Shown piece by piece: positions 1 through 10,002 of a stretch of 64,000 nt of DNA. The stretch lies in NCBI GenBank assembly GCA_963814745.1, contig CAWFEA010000002.1:2094-66093 (forward strand), read 5' to 3'. How positions within the stretch are numbered: position 1 is the stretch's first letter; each line of letters begins with the position of its first letter. The translations under genes and the position numbers were made by a program. This stretch comes from an uncultured Acidobacteriota bacterium. GTDB lineage: Bacteria > Acidobacteriota > Terriglobia > Terriglobales > Acidobacteriaceae. The notes under the pieces were generated by a model that saw only the letters and a program-made list of their open reading frames with translations, searched no databases and had not been told where the DNA came from.

Positions 1-314
1 ACGGAACCGCTGCGCGCAAGCGCGCCGCCGACCGTGCTGAGCCGCTGACTTCCGGCGCTGCTGAAAACACTACCCTGACGGTCATCGTCGTCAATCGGAA
101 GCTCACCTATCCGCAGCTCACCCGGCTGGCGATTCAGACCCACACCTCGATGGCGCGCGGCATTCAGCCTTTCCATACGGAAAAGGACGGCGACGTGCTT
201 TACGCCGTAACGACCGGCGAAGTGGAGAACTCCGGGCTGGAGTTTGAAGAGCTCGCATCGTATGCCGCTGAACTGGCATGGGACGCCGTGCTGAGCGCGG
301 TGCCGCCCCTCTAA
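1..314 (+). CDS. 3' end of a P1/S58 (DmpA-like) aminopeptidase family protein (partial, runs off the window start)
   Basis: The frame is open from base 3 to TAA at 312-314. The translation ...NTTLTVIVVNRKLTYPQLTRLAIQTHTSMARGIQPFHTEKDGDVLYAVTTGEV... resembles the C-terminal HT..DGD..A..TG block of DmpA/S58 peptidases. It is absent from the ORF track because it has no start codon. Confidence 0.5.
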   Translation, partial: GTAARKRAADRAEPLTSGAAENTTLTVIVVNRKLTYPQLTRLAIQTHTSMARGIQPFHTEKDGDVLYAVTTGEVENSGLEFEELASYAAELAWDAVLSAVPPL

Positions 315-498
315 CGGCGTCGCCGGCGCAAATGCAAATTGACCATGCGGAAGCAGCCAGCGTAGAATTCACACGGGCCGCCAGTGCGGCGATTTGTCTT
401 GATTCATGGTCCCCGGGCTTGGCCTCGGCGTACCGCAGACAGCGCTACCGTTCCGGAACGGAAATTCAACACATTCTTGCGGCAGGAGTGAGGTTCTA

Positions 499-1740
499 AT
501 GAGCAACAAAACGAAAAAGTGGTTTACCAGTCCCTGGAATTTTGCTGACGAAGTAAGGTCCCAACTCAAATTCGCCCCCAAAATCGAGTTGCACGACGTC
601 ACCTTGCGCGACGGCGAGCAGCAGGCCGGCGTGACCTTCCGCAAGGAAGACAAAATTCGCATCGCCGAATTGCTGGCCGAGGCGGGCGTGCACCGCATTG
701 AAGCCGGCATGCCCGCGGTCTCCAAGGAAGACGAGCTGGCGATCAAGGAAATCGTCAAGCGCAAACTCGGCCCCAAGATCTTCGCTTTTGGCCGCTGCAT
801 GAAGGAAGACGTACAGCGGGCCGTCGATTGCGGCGTCGATGGCATCGTCATGGAAGTGCCATCGAGCGATCACATCATCAAATACGCCTACAAATGGCCC
901 CTGGAAAAGGCGGTCAAGCTGTCGGTCGAAGCGACTCAGTACGCCAAGAAGAATGGCCTTTATACGGTCTTCTTTCCGATCGATGCCTCGCGCGCGGACA
1001 TCAATTGGTTCTTGGATTTAATCGAGCGCATTGCCAAGGAAGGCCACATGGACGCGCTGGCGGTGGTTGACACCTTCGGTGGTTGCTCGCCGCACGCCAT
1101 CCCCTACTTGATTAAGAAAATCAGGGAGCGCATCGATAAGCCTTTGGAAACCCACTTCCACGACGATTTCGGCATGGGCTCGGCCAACACCGTGCTCGGC
1201 CTTGCCGCCGGGGCCAACGTGGCGCACACCACCATTTCCGCGCTCGGCGAGCGCGCCGGCAACGCCGCTTATGAAGACGTGGTCATGACCCTGCTGACCA
1301 TGTACGGCATCGACCTGGGAATTAAGACCGAGAAACTTTACGGGATTTCCAAGGAGGTGCTGGCCATGGCGGGTGTCCGGGTGCGGCCGAATCGCGGCAT
1401 CTTCGGCGACGATATCTTCAAGGTCGAATCCGGCATCATCTCGGGCTGGGTCAGGAACTGCGGCGACGAACATGCGCTGGAACTCTGCCCCTACCGTTGG
1501 GAGCTGGCCGGCCACGACGCGCCGGAGATCGTGCTGGGCAAGAACAGCGGCGCGGATTCGATTAAGATCTGGCTGGAACGGCTCGGCCGTCCGCTGCCGA
1601 GCGAAGAAACCATTATGGAGATACTGCTCAAAGTTAAGCTGCGCGCCCTGGAAAAGAAGAGTGTGCTGACGCTGCGGGATTTTGAAAATATTCTCGCCAA
1701 ATTCCCGCTGGCTAAGCCCGCTTCCAAAGCAGGCGACTAG
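499..1740 (+). CDS. HMGL-like / pyruvate carboxyltransferase domain protein (isopropylmalate/homocitrate/citramalate synthase superfamily)
   Basis: N-terminal LHDVTLRDGEQQAGVTF motif and later HFHDDFGMGSANTVLG (metal-binding HxH), typical of the DRE-TIM metallolyase family. ATG at 499 is preceded by GGAGTGAGG. The longer ORF-track start at 406 has no RBS. Confidence 0.75.
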   Translation: MSNKTKKWFTSPWNFADEVRSQLKFAPKIELHDVTLRDGEQQAGVTFRKEDKIRIAELLAEAGVHRIEAGMPAVSKEDELAIKEIVKRKLGPKIFAFGRCMKEDVQRAVDCGVDGIVMEVPSSDHIIKYAYKWPLEKAVKLSVEATQYAKKNGLYTVFFPIDASRADINWFLDLIERIAKEGHMDALAVVDTFGGCSPHAIPYLIKKIRERIDKPLETHFHDDFGMGSANTVLGLAAGANVAHTTISALGERAGNAAYEDVVMTLLTMYGIDLGIKTEKLYGISKEVLAMAGVRVRPNRGIFGDDIFKVESGIISGWVRNCGDEHALELCPYRWELAGHDAPEIVLGKNSGADSIKIWLERLGRPLPSEETIMEILLKVKLRALEKKSVLTLRDFENILAKFPLAKPASKAGD

Positions 1741-1782
1741 CAGCTTTGGCAGTCCGCCTCGCCACGCCGCGAGCATCAACTT

Positions 1783-1817
1783 ACCGGCCGCCATTCCGCG
1801 CGGCCGGTTTTGCTTTT
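1783..1817 (+). terminator. Rho-independent terminator after the HMGL-like gene
   Basis: A 9-bp GC stem ACCGGCCGC / GCGGCCGGT is followed by TTTTGCTTTT. Confidence 0.6.
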
Positions 1818-2127
1818 CCCGGTACTTCACGTCACGGCCGCTCCCATGCCGGGCAAGGCTTTTCCCTTAGGTCTGCGGTCCCGGCCGGTCCATCCTCGCC
1901 GCTTAAACCTGATTTGGCGCCACTCAGGTTCCTTGGAAGCTACTTGGCTGCGCTGCAGCCTTGAAATTCGCCTTGACTGCGGGTGAAAGCACGACCTATC
2001 ATTCAGTGCCGATACTTAGAAGTCATCATAGAGCTGTATCGCCTGAACGTGCCGCAGGAACGGCCATGTTCCTGGACGCGTAGCTGTATGCGTGACCGTC
2101 TCTAAATCGTCTACGAGGAGTGCTTGA

Positions 2128-3459
2128 ATGGCTGATTCAAAAACCGTCGCCCCAGGGGCTGTAAACGGTATGCAGGGGGTTACCCCCGAGTTTGAGAACG
2201 CAACCTATCGAAAAGTCACCATACGTTTATTGCCGTTCCTGATTGTGTGCTACCTTGTCGCCTACCTGGACCGCGTAAACGTGGGCTTCGCCAAGCTGCA
2301 GATGCTGAGTGACCTGCATTTCAGCGAGACTGTTTATGGACTTGGCGCGGGCGTGTTCTTCATCGGTTACTTCATTTTTGAAGTGCCGAGCAACATGATC
2401 ATGCACAAGATTGGTGCGCGCATATGGATTACCCGCATCATGATCACCTGGGCAATTATTTCGGCGCTCACACTTGTGATCAGAACGCCGATTCAGTTTT
2501 ATTTGGTCCGCTTCTTCCTCGGGGCAGCCGAGGCGGGCTTCTTCCCCGGCATTATTTTGTACCTGACCTACTGGTACCCGGCGCACCGTCGCGGCAAGAT
2601 GACCGGGGCTTTCATGGTTGGAATTCCGTTGGCCGGCATGATTGGCGGTCCGCTCTCCGGCTCCATTATGGCTCTGACTCACGGCCTTGGCGGTTGGCAT
2701 GGCTGGAAGTGGATGTTCCTTTTCGAGGCTGTACCTTCTCTGATTATGGGCATAGCCTGCATTCTCTACCTGGATAGCAGGATTCGCGACGCCAAATGGC
2801 TCAGCGAAAAGCAAAAGCAGATTCTCGAATATTACGTCGCCCAAGAGTCCAAGCAAAAGAAAGAGCATCCCTCTATATGGTTGGTGTTTTCCGATAAGCG
2901 CATCTGGCTGATGTGCTGGATCTATTTCACCGTCGCTCTGGGCCAATACGCGCTGACGCTGTGGATACCCACCCTGCTCAAGGATGCCGGAGTCAAAGGC
3001 GTATTCATGATCGGCATGGTATCAGCCATCCCGTACATTTGCGTCATCATCGCCATGGTCGCGCTTGGGGCCAGCGCCGATAAACGTCGTGAGCGGCGTT
3101 GGCACGAGGCTGGGCCGCTGCTTGTGGGCGCCGTGGCCTTGGTTCTGAGTATGATGGTTGGCGGCACGAACACGGTGCTGGCCGTCATATTGCTTTCGAT
3201 CGCGGCGGCCGGGATCATTCCCGCAGCGCCGATGTTCTGGGCGCTGCCTACGTCATTCCTCGCGGGTTCGGCTGCGGCGGCCGGCATCGCCTGGATCAAC
3301 TCGGTTGCCAATCTCGGCGGCTTCGTCGCCCCCTTCGCTATTGGCTACCTCAAGGATTTGACGCACGGCAACCTGATTCCCATGATCGTCATGGCCGTCA
3401 TTGTCGCCGCCGGCGGACTTACCGTACTCACTCTGGATAAGAACGTGGTCAACAAGTAG
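2128..3459 (+). CDS. MFS transporter, anion:cation symporter (ACS) family (tartrate/hexuronate-type organic anion permease)
   Basis: 443 aa and about 12 hydrophobic segments. The signature LVAYLDRVNVGFAKLQM near TM1 is typical of ACS-family MFS proteins. GAGGAG RBS lies 7 nt upstream of the ATG. Confidence 0.85.
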   Translation: MADSKTVAPGAVNGMQGVTPEFENATYRKVTIRLLPFLIVCYLVAYLDRVNVGFAKLQMLSDLHFSETVYGLGAGVFFIGYFIFEVPSNMIMHKIGARIWITRIMITWAIISALTLVIRTPIQFYLVRFFLGAAEAGFFPGIILYLTYWYPAHRRGKMTGAFMVGIPLAGMIGGPLSGSIMALTHGLGGWHGWKWMFLFEAVPSLIMGIACILYLDSRIRDAKWLSEKQKQILEYYVAQESKQKKEHPSIWLVFSDKRIWLMCWIYFTVALGQYALTLWIPTLLKDAGVKGVFMIGMVSAIPYICVIIAMVALGASADKRRERRWHEAGPLLVGAVALVLSMMVGGTNTVLAVILLSIAAAGIIPAAPMFWALPTSFLAGSAAAAGIAWINSVANLGGFVAPFAIGYLKDLTHGNLIPMIVMAVIVAAGGLTVLTLDKNVVNK

Positions 3460-3496
3460 GAATCGTCAGCCGCTCCTGCTTACCGCAAAGATAAAC

Positions 3497-3535
3497 CGGC
3501 TCGCCAGATAGCTTCTGACGAGCCGATTTATTTCA
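3497..3535. terminator. Hairpin between convergent genes (possible bidirectional terminator)
   Basis: CGGCTCG-N15-CGAGCCG followed by ATTTATTT, lying between the MFS stop (3459) and the PrpD-like stop (3552). Confidence 0.4.
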
Positions 3536-3551
3536 TTGTTGCCGGCGGTAT

Positions 3552-5024
3552 TTACACGGCCGCCGCTTGCGCGATTGCGGCCGCGCTGGGCAGTTTCTCG
3601 ACACCCCAGCATACGTCCAGCAGCCGCCGGATATGCGGCCCCGGCAGAATGCCTTCGGCGAGGTCGCTGAATTTCGCCTCCAGCGCCCTGTCGGTCATTG
3701 GAACTTCAAGACTGCCGACAGCATGCTCGATATGCTTGTGCAGCTTCCGGCCATCTTTCAGCACGATGGTAAGGTCCACTTGCTCCGGCTTGATCGATGG
3801 ATCGACAACCGGCACTACCCGGCTCCGCAAGCCCACGATAATCGGGTCGCGCACCGCTCGCTCGCTGAACTGCTTCTCGCCGGCCGCGCCTTCCACGATC
3901 GCGACCGCCACGGAATGATAGATGCTGAACTTCCCCTCCAGACCTTCATGCGGAGTCTTCTTGCCGGTTAGTTCGAGCACCAGCGGATTAACGCGCAAGT
4001 CAACGTGGTCAACCTGATCGGCGGTTATCTTGTATTGGTTGCGCAACTGTATGGCCGCATCGATCGCGGGATGGAGCACGATTCCGCAGGCGAACGGCTT
4101 GTAGGTGTTGAGCGCCGCCTCGTAGTGTTTCCCCAGTCCTTCCGTGATCTCCCGGTAATCATGTCTCGTGCTGACGGTATTAGCCCATCCGCGCTTGGCT
4201 TCAATCATCTCGTCGGAGCTGGTGTAGTTCTTGGACGCGAGAATCGCGGCCATCAGGCCGTCATTGGCGGCGCGGCCCGGATTGAAGCTTTTGTTCATCG
4301 ATCCGAACGACTCCCGCAAGCCGACCGGCTGCGAGGCAGCCAGGCCCAGAGCCCACACCATCTGCTGCTCGCTGAGGCCAAGCAGCATGCCCGCCGCGGC
4401 GGCGGCGCCAAACACTCCACATGTGCCGGTGCTGTGCCAACCCCGGTCGTAGTGTTCGGGGGTGACGGAGTTGCCCATGCGGAGCGCAACCTCGACTCCG
4501 ATAACCACCGCATTGAGAAAGTCCTTGCCCGAAACCGGCCGATACTCGGCCAATGCCAGAATCCCCGGAATTACCGGCGCCCCGGGATGAATGATGGTTC
4601 GCAGGTGGGTGTCGTCATAGTCGAAAATATGGGCGCTAATGCCGTTAATCATGGCGGCATTCAGGATGTCGAAACGCTCGCGCCTCCCCAAAATGCCGGC
4701 CTGGGGAGGTCCGGAAAATGGAGTCAGAGCGGCAATTGCATCGTTGACTCCGTTGTGGCGCGAAGCCCCGACGGCAACCCCCACGAAATTCAGCAACGTC
4801 CGGACCCCTTCCTTTCGTACTGCCGGCGGCAGGTCCTCATATTTAGCGTTGACCACATACCGCGCCAGAGTCCGGGTGATCCCCTTGTCAGGCGGAAGGC
4901 TTTGGCTGCTGCCTCCGCCGCCGCCGGTTTGGGGTGCTGCAAGCAACGGCGTGGAACCACCGGCGGCCGCAATCGAAGCAACCGTGGCCGCGCGCAGGAA
5001 AGAACGGCGATCAAGATCGAACAT
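3552..5024 (-). CDS. MmgE/PrpD family protein with twin-arginine (Tat) signal peptide
   Basis: The body matches 2-methylcitrate dehydratase-like proteins (ARYV...YEDLP, HIFDYDDTH, GWHSTGTCGVFGAAAAAG). The start was chosen at the internal ATG (5024), giving MFDLDRRSFLRAATVASIAAAGG..., a classical RRxFL Tat motif. The 49-codon upstream extension in the ORF track looks non-coding. Confidence 0.85.
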   Translation of the reverse strand: MFDLDRRSFLRAATVASIAAAGGSTPLLAAPQTGGGGGSSQSLPPDKGITRTLARYVVNAKYEDLPPAVRKEGVRTLLNFVGVAVGASRHNGVNDAIAALTPFSGPPQAGILGRRERFDILNAAMINGISAHIFDYDDTHLRTIIHPGAPVIPGILALAEYRPVSGKDFLNAVVIGVEVALRMGNSVTPEHYDRGWHSTGTCGVFGAAAAAGMLLGLSEQQMVWALGLAASQPVGLRESFGSMNKSFNPGRAANDGLMAAILASKNYTSSDEMIEAKRGWANTVSTRHDYREITEGLGKHYEAALNTYKPFACGIVLHPAIDAAIQLRNQYKITADQVDHVDLRVNPLVLELTGKKTPHEGLEGKFSIYHSVAVAIVEGAAGEKQFSERAVRDPIIVGLRSRVVPVVDPSIKPEQVDLTIVLKDGRKLHKHIEHAVGSLEVPMTDRALEAKFSDLAEGILPGPHIRRLLDVCWGVEKLPSAAAIAQAAAV

Positions 5025-5425
5025 AGTGCAAATCCCCCCACAAAGTATTGGCTGTGACGCTCGCCATTGAATCAAATTGCCGACGCCAATACAACCGTAA
5101 AAATATTGACAATCGCATCCCGCTACCGAAACAGGCACTGCCGCCTTTAGCTCAGAGCCTTTGCCTCCCACCGCAAGGCTAATAAACCGTGTCTGGACCG
5201 GAGGTCAGCGCCGGGCCGACGGGCGCCCCCCGGCGGTACGCGCACAATCGCCCCATTCCCAGGACGTGCGCGGTCTTAAATTACGGGTCCAAAGAGGGCA
5301 GAACTGCATCTATTGAATTGTGGGGCATCGGTTTTCCGTTCCCTCTTTTCCCGTTTCCCTCTAGGGATACCGCGGCAACCGCGGTCAAAACCGTCAACTT
5401 TCAGCAGCAGAAGGAAGGATATTTC

Positions 5426-7048
5426 ATGAGTGTACATTCCACGACCATCAGCGGGGTCACAATTGATGCGCCCCATCACCCGGGGCAGAACCAGGTGCTT
5501 ACGCCTGAGGCGATTCATTTCCTGGCGGAACTTCAGCGGCGCTTTAATCACCGTCGTCTGGAACTGCTTGCCGCCCGCCAAGAGCGCCAGAAGCGGCTCG
5601 ACGCCGGCGAGAAGCCCGATTTTCTGCCCGAGACGAAGCCCATTCGCGAGTCCGAATGGACCGTTGCTCCGATTCCGGCCGATCTCCAGGACCGCCGCAT
5701 TGAGATCACCGGCCCCACCGACCGCAAAATGATTATCAATGCGCTGAACTCGGGCTCCAGCGTGTTCATGGCCGACTTCGAGGATGCCAATACGCCGACC
5801 TGGAGCAATCTCATCGAAGGTCAGATCAACCTCACGGACGCCATTGCACGGACCATCACCTACACTGACCCGACCAGCGGAAAGCAATATAAGCTCAACC
5901 AAAAGACCGCGGTATTGTTCGTCCGGCCCCGTGGCTGGCATCTCGATGAAGAACATGTTGCGGTTGACGGCAAGCCAATGTCGGGCTCGCTGTTCGACTT
6001 TGGACTCTACTTTTTCCGCAACGCCAAGGCTCTGCTGGCCGCCGGCACCGGCCCCTACTTCTACCTGCCAAAGATAGAGAGCCATCTGGAAGCCCGGTTG
6101 TGGAATGACGTCTTCACCTATTCTCAGCAGGCGCTAGGCGTGCCCCACGGCAGCATCCGAGCCACAGTCCTCATCGAGACGATTCTGGCCACCTTTGAAA
6201 CCAATGAGATTCTTTACGAGCTGCGTGATCACTCGGCCGGCCTGAACTGCGGCCGATGGGATTACATCTTCAGCTTTATCAAAAACTTCGCCAATGATCC
6301 CAAGGCCGTCATGCCCGATCGCGGGCAGGTTGGCATGACCGCGCACTTCATGCGCTCGTATAGCAAGATGCTCATCCGCGATTGCCACCGCCGTAACATC
6401 CACGCCATGGGCGGCATGTCGGCCTTCATTCCCGTCAAGAGCAATCCGGAGATTAACGAGAAAGCGATGGCGCAGGTTCGCGCCGACAAGGAACGCGAAG
6501 CTAGCGACGGTCACGACGGAACCTGGGTGGCTCATCCCGGCCTGGTGGCCGTTGCCAAGGAACCCTTCGACCGCCTGATGCCGCAACCCAACCAGATCGA
6601 CAAGAAGCTTCCCGGCTTCCGGGTCACCGCCGTCGACCTGCTCGAAGTGCCAACCGGCGACATTACCGAGGCCGGCCTCCGGCAGAATCTCGTGGTCGGC
6701 ACGGGATATCTGGAATCCTGGCTGCGCGGCATCGGCTGCGTGCCCCTGTTCAACCTGATGGAAGACGCGGCGACGGCGGAAATCAGCCGCTCCCAGCTCT
6801 GGCAGTGGATTCATCACGGCGCGCACCTGAAGGATGGCCGCAAGATCGATGTGCCGCTCTGCGACAGCATCCTCCATGAAGAACTGGCCAAGGCCAAAGC
6901 AGGCGTCCCGGCCAGTCTGTATCCCTCTTACGACAAAGCGGCCGAATTGATGCGCGAGATGTACACTTCGCCGACCTTTGTCGAATTCCTCACCGTTCCC
7001 GCCTATGACGAACTCATCCGGCAGGAACGTATGCGCAAGGCTGCATAG
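5426..7048 (+). CDS. aceB: Malate synthase A
   Basis: 540 aa, with [31 protein letters not shown] and RGWHL motifs characteristic of malate synthase A. ATG 5426 is preceded by GAAGGAAGGA. Confidence 0.9.
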   Translation: MSVHSTTISGVTIDAPHHPGQNQVLTPEAIHFLAELQRRFNHRRLELLAARQERQKRLDAGEKPDFLPETKPIRESEWTVAPIPADLQDRRIEITGPTDRKMIINALNSGSSVFMADFEDANTPTWSNLIEGQINLTDAIARTITYTDPTSGKQYKLNQKTAVLFVRPRGWHLDEEHVAVDGKPMSGSLFDFGLYFFRNAKALLAAGTGPYFYLPKIESHLEARLWNDVFTYSQQALGVPHGSIRATVLIETILATFETNEILYELRDHSAGLNCGRWDYIFSFIKNFANDPKAVMPDRGQVGMTAHFMRSYSKMLIRDCHRRNIHAMGGMSAFIPVKSNPEINEKAMAQVRADKEREASDGHDGTWVAHPGLVAVAKEPFDRLMPQPNQIDKKLPGFRVTAVDLLEVPTGDITEAGLRQNLVVGTGYLESWLRGIGCVPLFNLMEDAATAEISRSQLWQWIHHGAHLKDGRKIDVPLCDSILHEELAKAKAGVPASLYPSYDKAAELMREMYTSPTFVEFLTVPAYDELIRQERMRKAA

Positions 7049-7317
7049 CTTGCCGGTCTCCACTTCGGCGAGTGTCAAACCACACTCGCCGGGGAGCCCC
7101 GGGTCCGCCGATCGGGCCGGGGACGGCAAGACGAGCGCCCGAGTCGCAACCTCGACTTCATGGCGGCGCTCGTTTCGTCTGATTTCGGCCAAACTTCGAC
7201 ACAGCCGACAACTGCCTGAGCGCGAGATTCAGGGCGTTTTGCGCCTCACACCTTTCGTCCAACCCTGGATCGGTCTATCCTGAGGCTCTGCCCTTCTCGA
7301 ATTCGGTTGGTGAAGCG

Positions 7318-7749
7318 GTGTTGAAGATTGGCAAATCTCAGCTCGAAGAGCTTCGTCGCCACGGCGAGCAGACTTACCCGCACGAGTGTTGCGGCGTGCT
7401 GCTCGGCCGGATCGATGGCGAAGGCGTCAAGGATGTTCGTGCGGTGGTGCGCTGCGGCAACGCGCGTACCGACTCTCCGCACAACCGCTACCGCATCGAT
7501 CCCGGCGAACTGCTAAGCATCCAGCGCCAAGCCCGCGAATCGGAGCTGGACATCCTCGGCTTCTACCACTCGCATCCGGATCATCCCGCACGCTGGTCAG
7601 AAACCGATCTCGCCGAGGCTTACTGGATTGGCTACTCCTACTTCATCATCAGCGTGGAACAGGGCTGCGCCACCGAGACCAACTCCTTTGAACTAACCGG
7701 CGAAGCAGATAACAAACAGTTCCGCGACGAGTCTCTCTCGGTCGAATAA
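7318..7749 (+). CDS. Mov34/MPN/PAD-1 (JAB/JAMM) metalloprotease-domain protein
   Basis: The ECCGVLLG glutamate motif and the HSHPDHPARWSETD JAMM motif (HxHx7Sx2D) are present. GTG start. Confidence 0.8.
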   Translation: MLKIGKSQLEELRRHGEQTYPHECCGVLLGRIDGEGVKDVRAVVRCGNARTDSPHNRYRIDPGELLSIQRQARESELDILGFYHSHPDHPARWSETDLAEAYWIGYSYFIISVEQGCATETNSFELTGEADNKQFRDESLSVE

Positions 7750-7842
7750 TCGCCGCCTGCCGCCGTCAGCGCCGGAGCCTTCGGCACCCGCCGTAGTTTT
7801 GTTATGATCATGGCTCGCGGACTTCAGCCTGGAAATTAATGA

Positions 7843-8439
7843 GTGGATTCTCGAAGGGATATGGTGAGCTTCGACAACATACTTCTGTTGCACGGCAAGG
7901 GCGGCAGCCCGGAAGGCAGCGTCCGGGATATTGAAACGCTTCTGCACGACCATTACCCGCAAAAACCCGCCACTTCGTTTCAGCGTCCCAGACTGTTACA
8001 TGCCAATGGAGAGATTCTGGCTGAACGCTCGCTCGCCGACCTGCAAGGACGCGATATCGCGAGAGGAACGGTGATTATCGGCGTCAGTCTGGGAGGCCTG
8101 CTGGCGGCGAAGATGCAGGAGCAGGGCCGTGAAGACCTGCGCGTCATCTGCCTCAACTCTCCAACCTGGGCCGATGCCGTCCGCCTGGAGCGAAGAATGC
8201 CGGAGCGGATCGCATTCTATTCCTCCGATGACAGCGTCATCGCGGGCCGCACCGAGCATTGGCCCAGGCTGGCGACCGCTTTTGATCTGCCTTGGCTCAC
8301 CCATGACACCAGCGCGCATGCGCGGGAATTGACGCCGCTGATCGTCGCCTGCCTGGAAGGCCGGAGCATCGCGCGCGCCATCGAGCAGGTCGAGCGGCGA
8401 ATTGCGCAAACTGAAGGCACCGGCGCGACAGGGCAGTAG
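7843..8439 (+). CDS. Small alpha/beta-hydrolase fold protein (YqiA-like esterase candidate)
   Basis: LLLHGKGGSPEG near the N-terminus, nucleophile elbow GVSLGG and a C-terminal H in THDTSAH. The start is ambiguous (GTG 7843 or ATG 7861). Confidence 0.55.
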   Translation: MDSRRDMVSFDNILLLHGKGGSPEGSVRDIETLLHDHYPQKPATSFQRPRLLHANGEILAERSLADLQGRDIARGTVIIGVSLGGLLAAKMQEQGREDLRVICLNSPTWADAVRLERRMPERIAFYSSDDSVIAGRTEHWPRLATAFDLPWLTHDTSAHARELTPLIVACLEGRSIARAIEQVERRIAQTEGTGATGQ

Positions 8440-8518
8440 TATCTTAGTAGGAGTTAGAAACAGCCGGCTCGATCGACGTTTCGATCCAGGAAAACTATAC
8501 GATCTAGGAAAACTATCT

Positions 8519-9910
8519 ATGCAAAGAGCAACCTCCGCCCAACTTGACGGCGCCGTCGAGGCGCTGAAATCGCTGCTCGGCCAGCGTGCCAGCACTGCCG
8601 AGGTACAACGCGAGCACCACTCCCATGACGAGTCCTATCACCCGCCGGCCCTGCCCGATGTTGTTTGCTATGCGCACAGCACCGAAGAGGTCAGCGAGAT
8701 CCTCAAGATCAGTGCCAAGTACCAGGTTCCGGTGATCCCCTTCGGCGGTGGAACCTCGCTCGAAGGCCATGTCAATGCCATTCACGGCGGCATTTCCATT
8801 GACCTTCGCGAGATGAATAAAGTGCTCAGGGTGAGCGCTGAAGACCTGGATGTGACGGTTCAGCCAGGCGTTACTCGCCAGCAGTTAAACAAGGTCCTCG
8901 ACAACACCGGACTCACTTTCTATGTCGATCCGGGAGGCGAGTCGACGCTGGGCGGCATGGCCGCGACCCGGGCTTCGGGAACCACCACCGTCCGCTACGG
9001 CACGATGCGCGATAACGTGCTTGCACTCACCGTAGTGTTGGCTGACGGCCGCATCATCAAGACTGGCAGCCGCGCCCGCAAGTCGGCGGCCGGCTATGAC
9101 CTGACGCGCCTGTTCGTCGGCTCCGAAGGCACACTCGGCGTCATCACCGAACTGACCTTGCGCGTGCACCCGCTCCCCGAGGCTGTCTCCGCGGCGGTCT
9201 GCTCCTTCCCCAGCATCGAAAGCGCGGTCAATACCGTCATTGAAGTCATTCAGTTTGGCGTAACCGTGGCGCGCATCGAACTGCTGGATGAAACCCAGAT
9301 GGACGCCATCAATCGCTACTCGAAGATGAACTACCCGATTGCGCCGACGCTGTTTTTCGAATTCCACGGCTCCAGCGACCGCCATGTCACCGAGCAGGCG
9401 GAGTTCGTGCAGTCGATTGCCGAAGAGCACGGCGGCAAAGGCTTTGAGTGGGCTACCCTGCGGGAGGATCGGGACAGGCTTTGGGAAGCGCGGCACGCAG
9501 CCTACTATGCGGACATCGCGCTTCGCCCCGGTGCCAAAGGATGGACTACCGATGCGTGCGTGCCTATCTCGCGCTTGGCCGAGTGCATCATGGAGACGCA
9601 GAAGGACAATCGCGCCGCGCCATTTCCGGTTGCCATGGTGGGCCACGTCGGCGACGGAAATTTTCATTGCGTCTACGTCATCGATCCGGAGAAAAAGGAG
9701 GAACTCGCCGAGGCCGAGCGCCTGGCCGGGCGCATCGCCACTCGCGCCCTTGCCATGGGCGGCACCTGCACCGGAGAACACGGCGTGGGCTACGGCAAGA
9801 TGAAGTATCTGGAAGCTGAGCACGGCGCGGGGCTGGAGGTGATGCGCACCATCAAGCGCGCGCTCGATCCGGACAATCGCATGAACCCCGGGAAAATGGT
9901 CAAGGTCTAG
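8519..9910 (+). CDS. FAD-linked oxidase, D-lactate dehydrogenase (cytochrome)/GlcD family
   Basis: FAD_binding_4-type N-terminal half (VIPFGGGTSLEGH) and C-terminal FAD-oxidase_C motifs (GTCTGEHGVGYGK, KRALDPDNRMNPGK). ATG 8519 is chosen over the ORF-track start at 8402. Confidence 0.85.
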   Translation: MQRATSAQLDGAVEALKSLLGQRASTAEVQREHHSHDESYHPPALPDVVCYAHSTEEVSEILKISAKYQVPVIPFGGGTSLEGHVNAIHGGISIDLREMNKVLRVSAEDLDVTVQPGVTRQQLNKVLDNTGLTFYVDPGGESTLGGMAATRASGTTTVRYGTMRDNVLALTVVLADGRIIKTGSRARKSAAGYDLTRLFVGSEGTLGVITELTLRVHPLPEAVSAAVCSFPSIESAVNTVIEVIQFGVTVARIELLDETQMDAINRYSKMNYPIAPTLFFEFHGSSDRHVTEQAEFVQSIAEEHGGKGFEWATLREDRDRLWEARHAAYYADIALRPGAKGWTTDACVPISRLAECIMETQKDNRAAPFPVAMVGHVGDGNFHCVYVIDPEKKEELAEAERLAGRIATRALAMGGTCTGEHGVGYGKMKYLEAEHGAGLEVMRTIKRALDPDNRMNPGKMVKV

Positions 9911-10002
9911 ACCGGATTCGCGGAAGGTGTGTCCAGTAAGGTAGCCGGGCGTCTAGCCCGGCGATGATAATGCCGGATACACTGACTCTGAATCCGCTCT
10001 AA

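Noticed and set aside
5189-5425. 79-codon N-terminal extension of malate synthase (and the similar extension 5025-5171 of the PrpD-like gene)
   Set aside because: The extensions lack similarity to the families. The internal ATGs have good RBS or signal-peptide context.
6134-7192. 352-aa ORF on the - strand, and similar antisense ORFs at 4005-5057, 1018-1830, 23279-24319, 39909-41000 and 12820-13617
   Set aside because: All overlap strongly supported genes on the opposite strand and lack motifs. They are treated as non-coding shadows.
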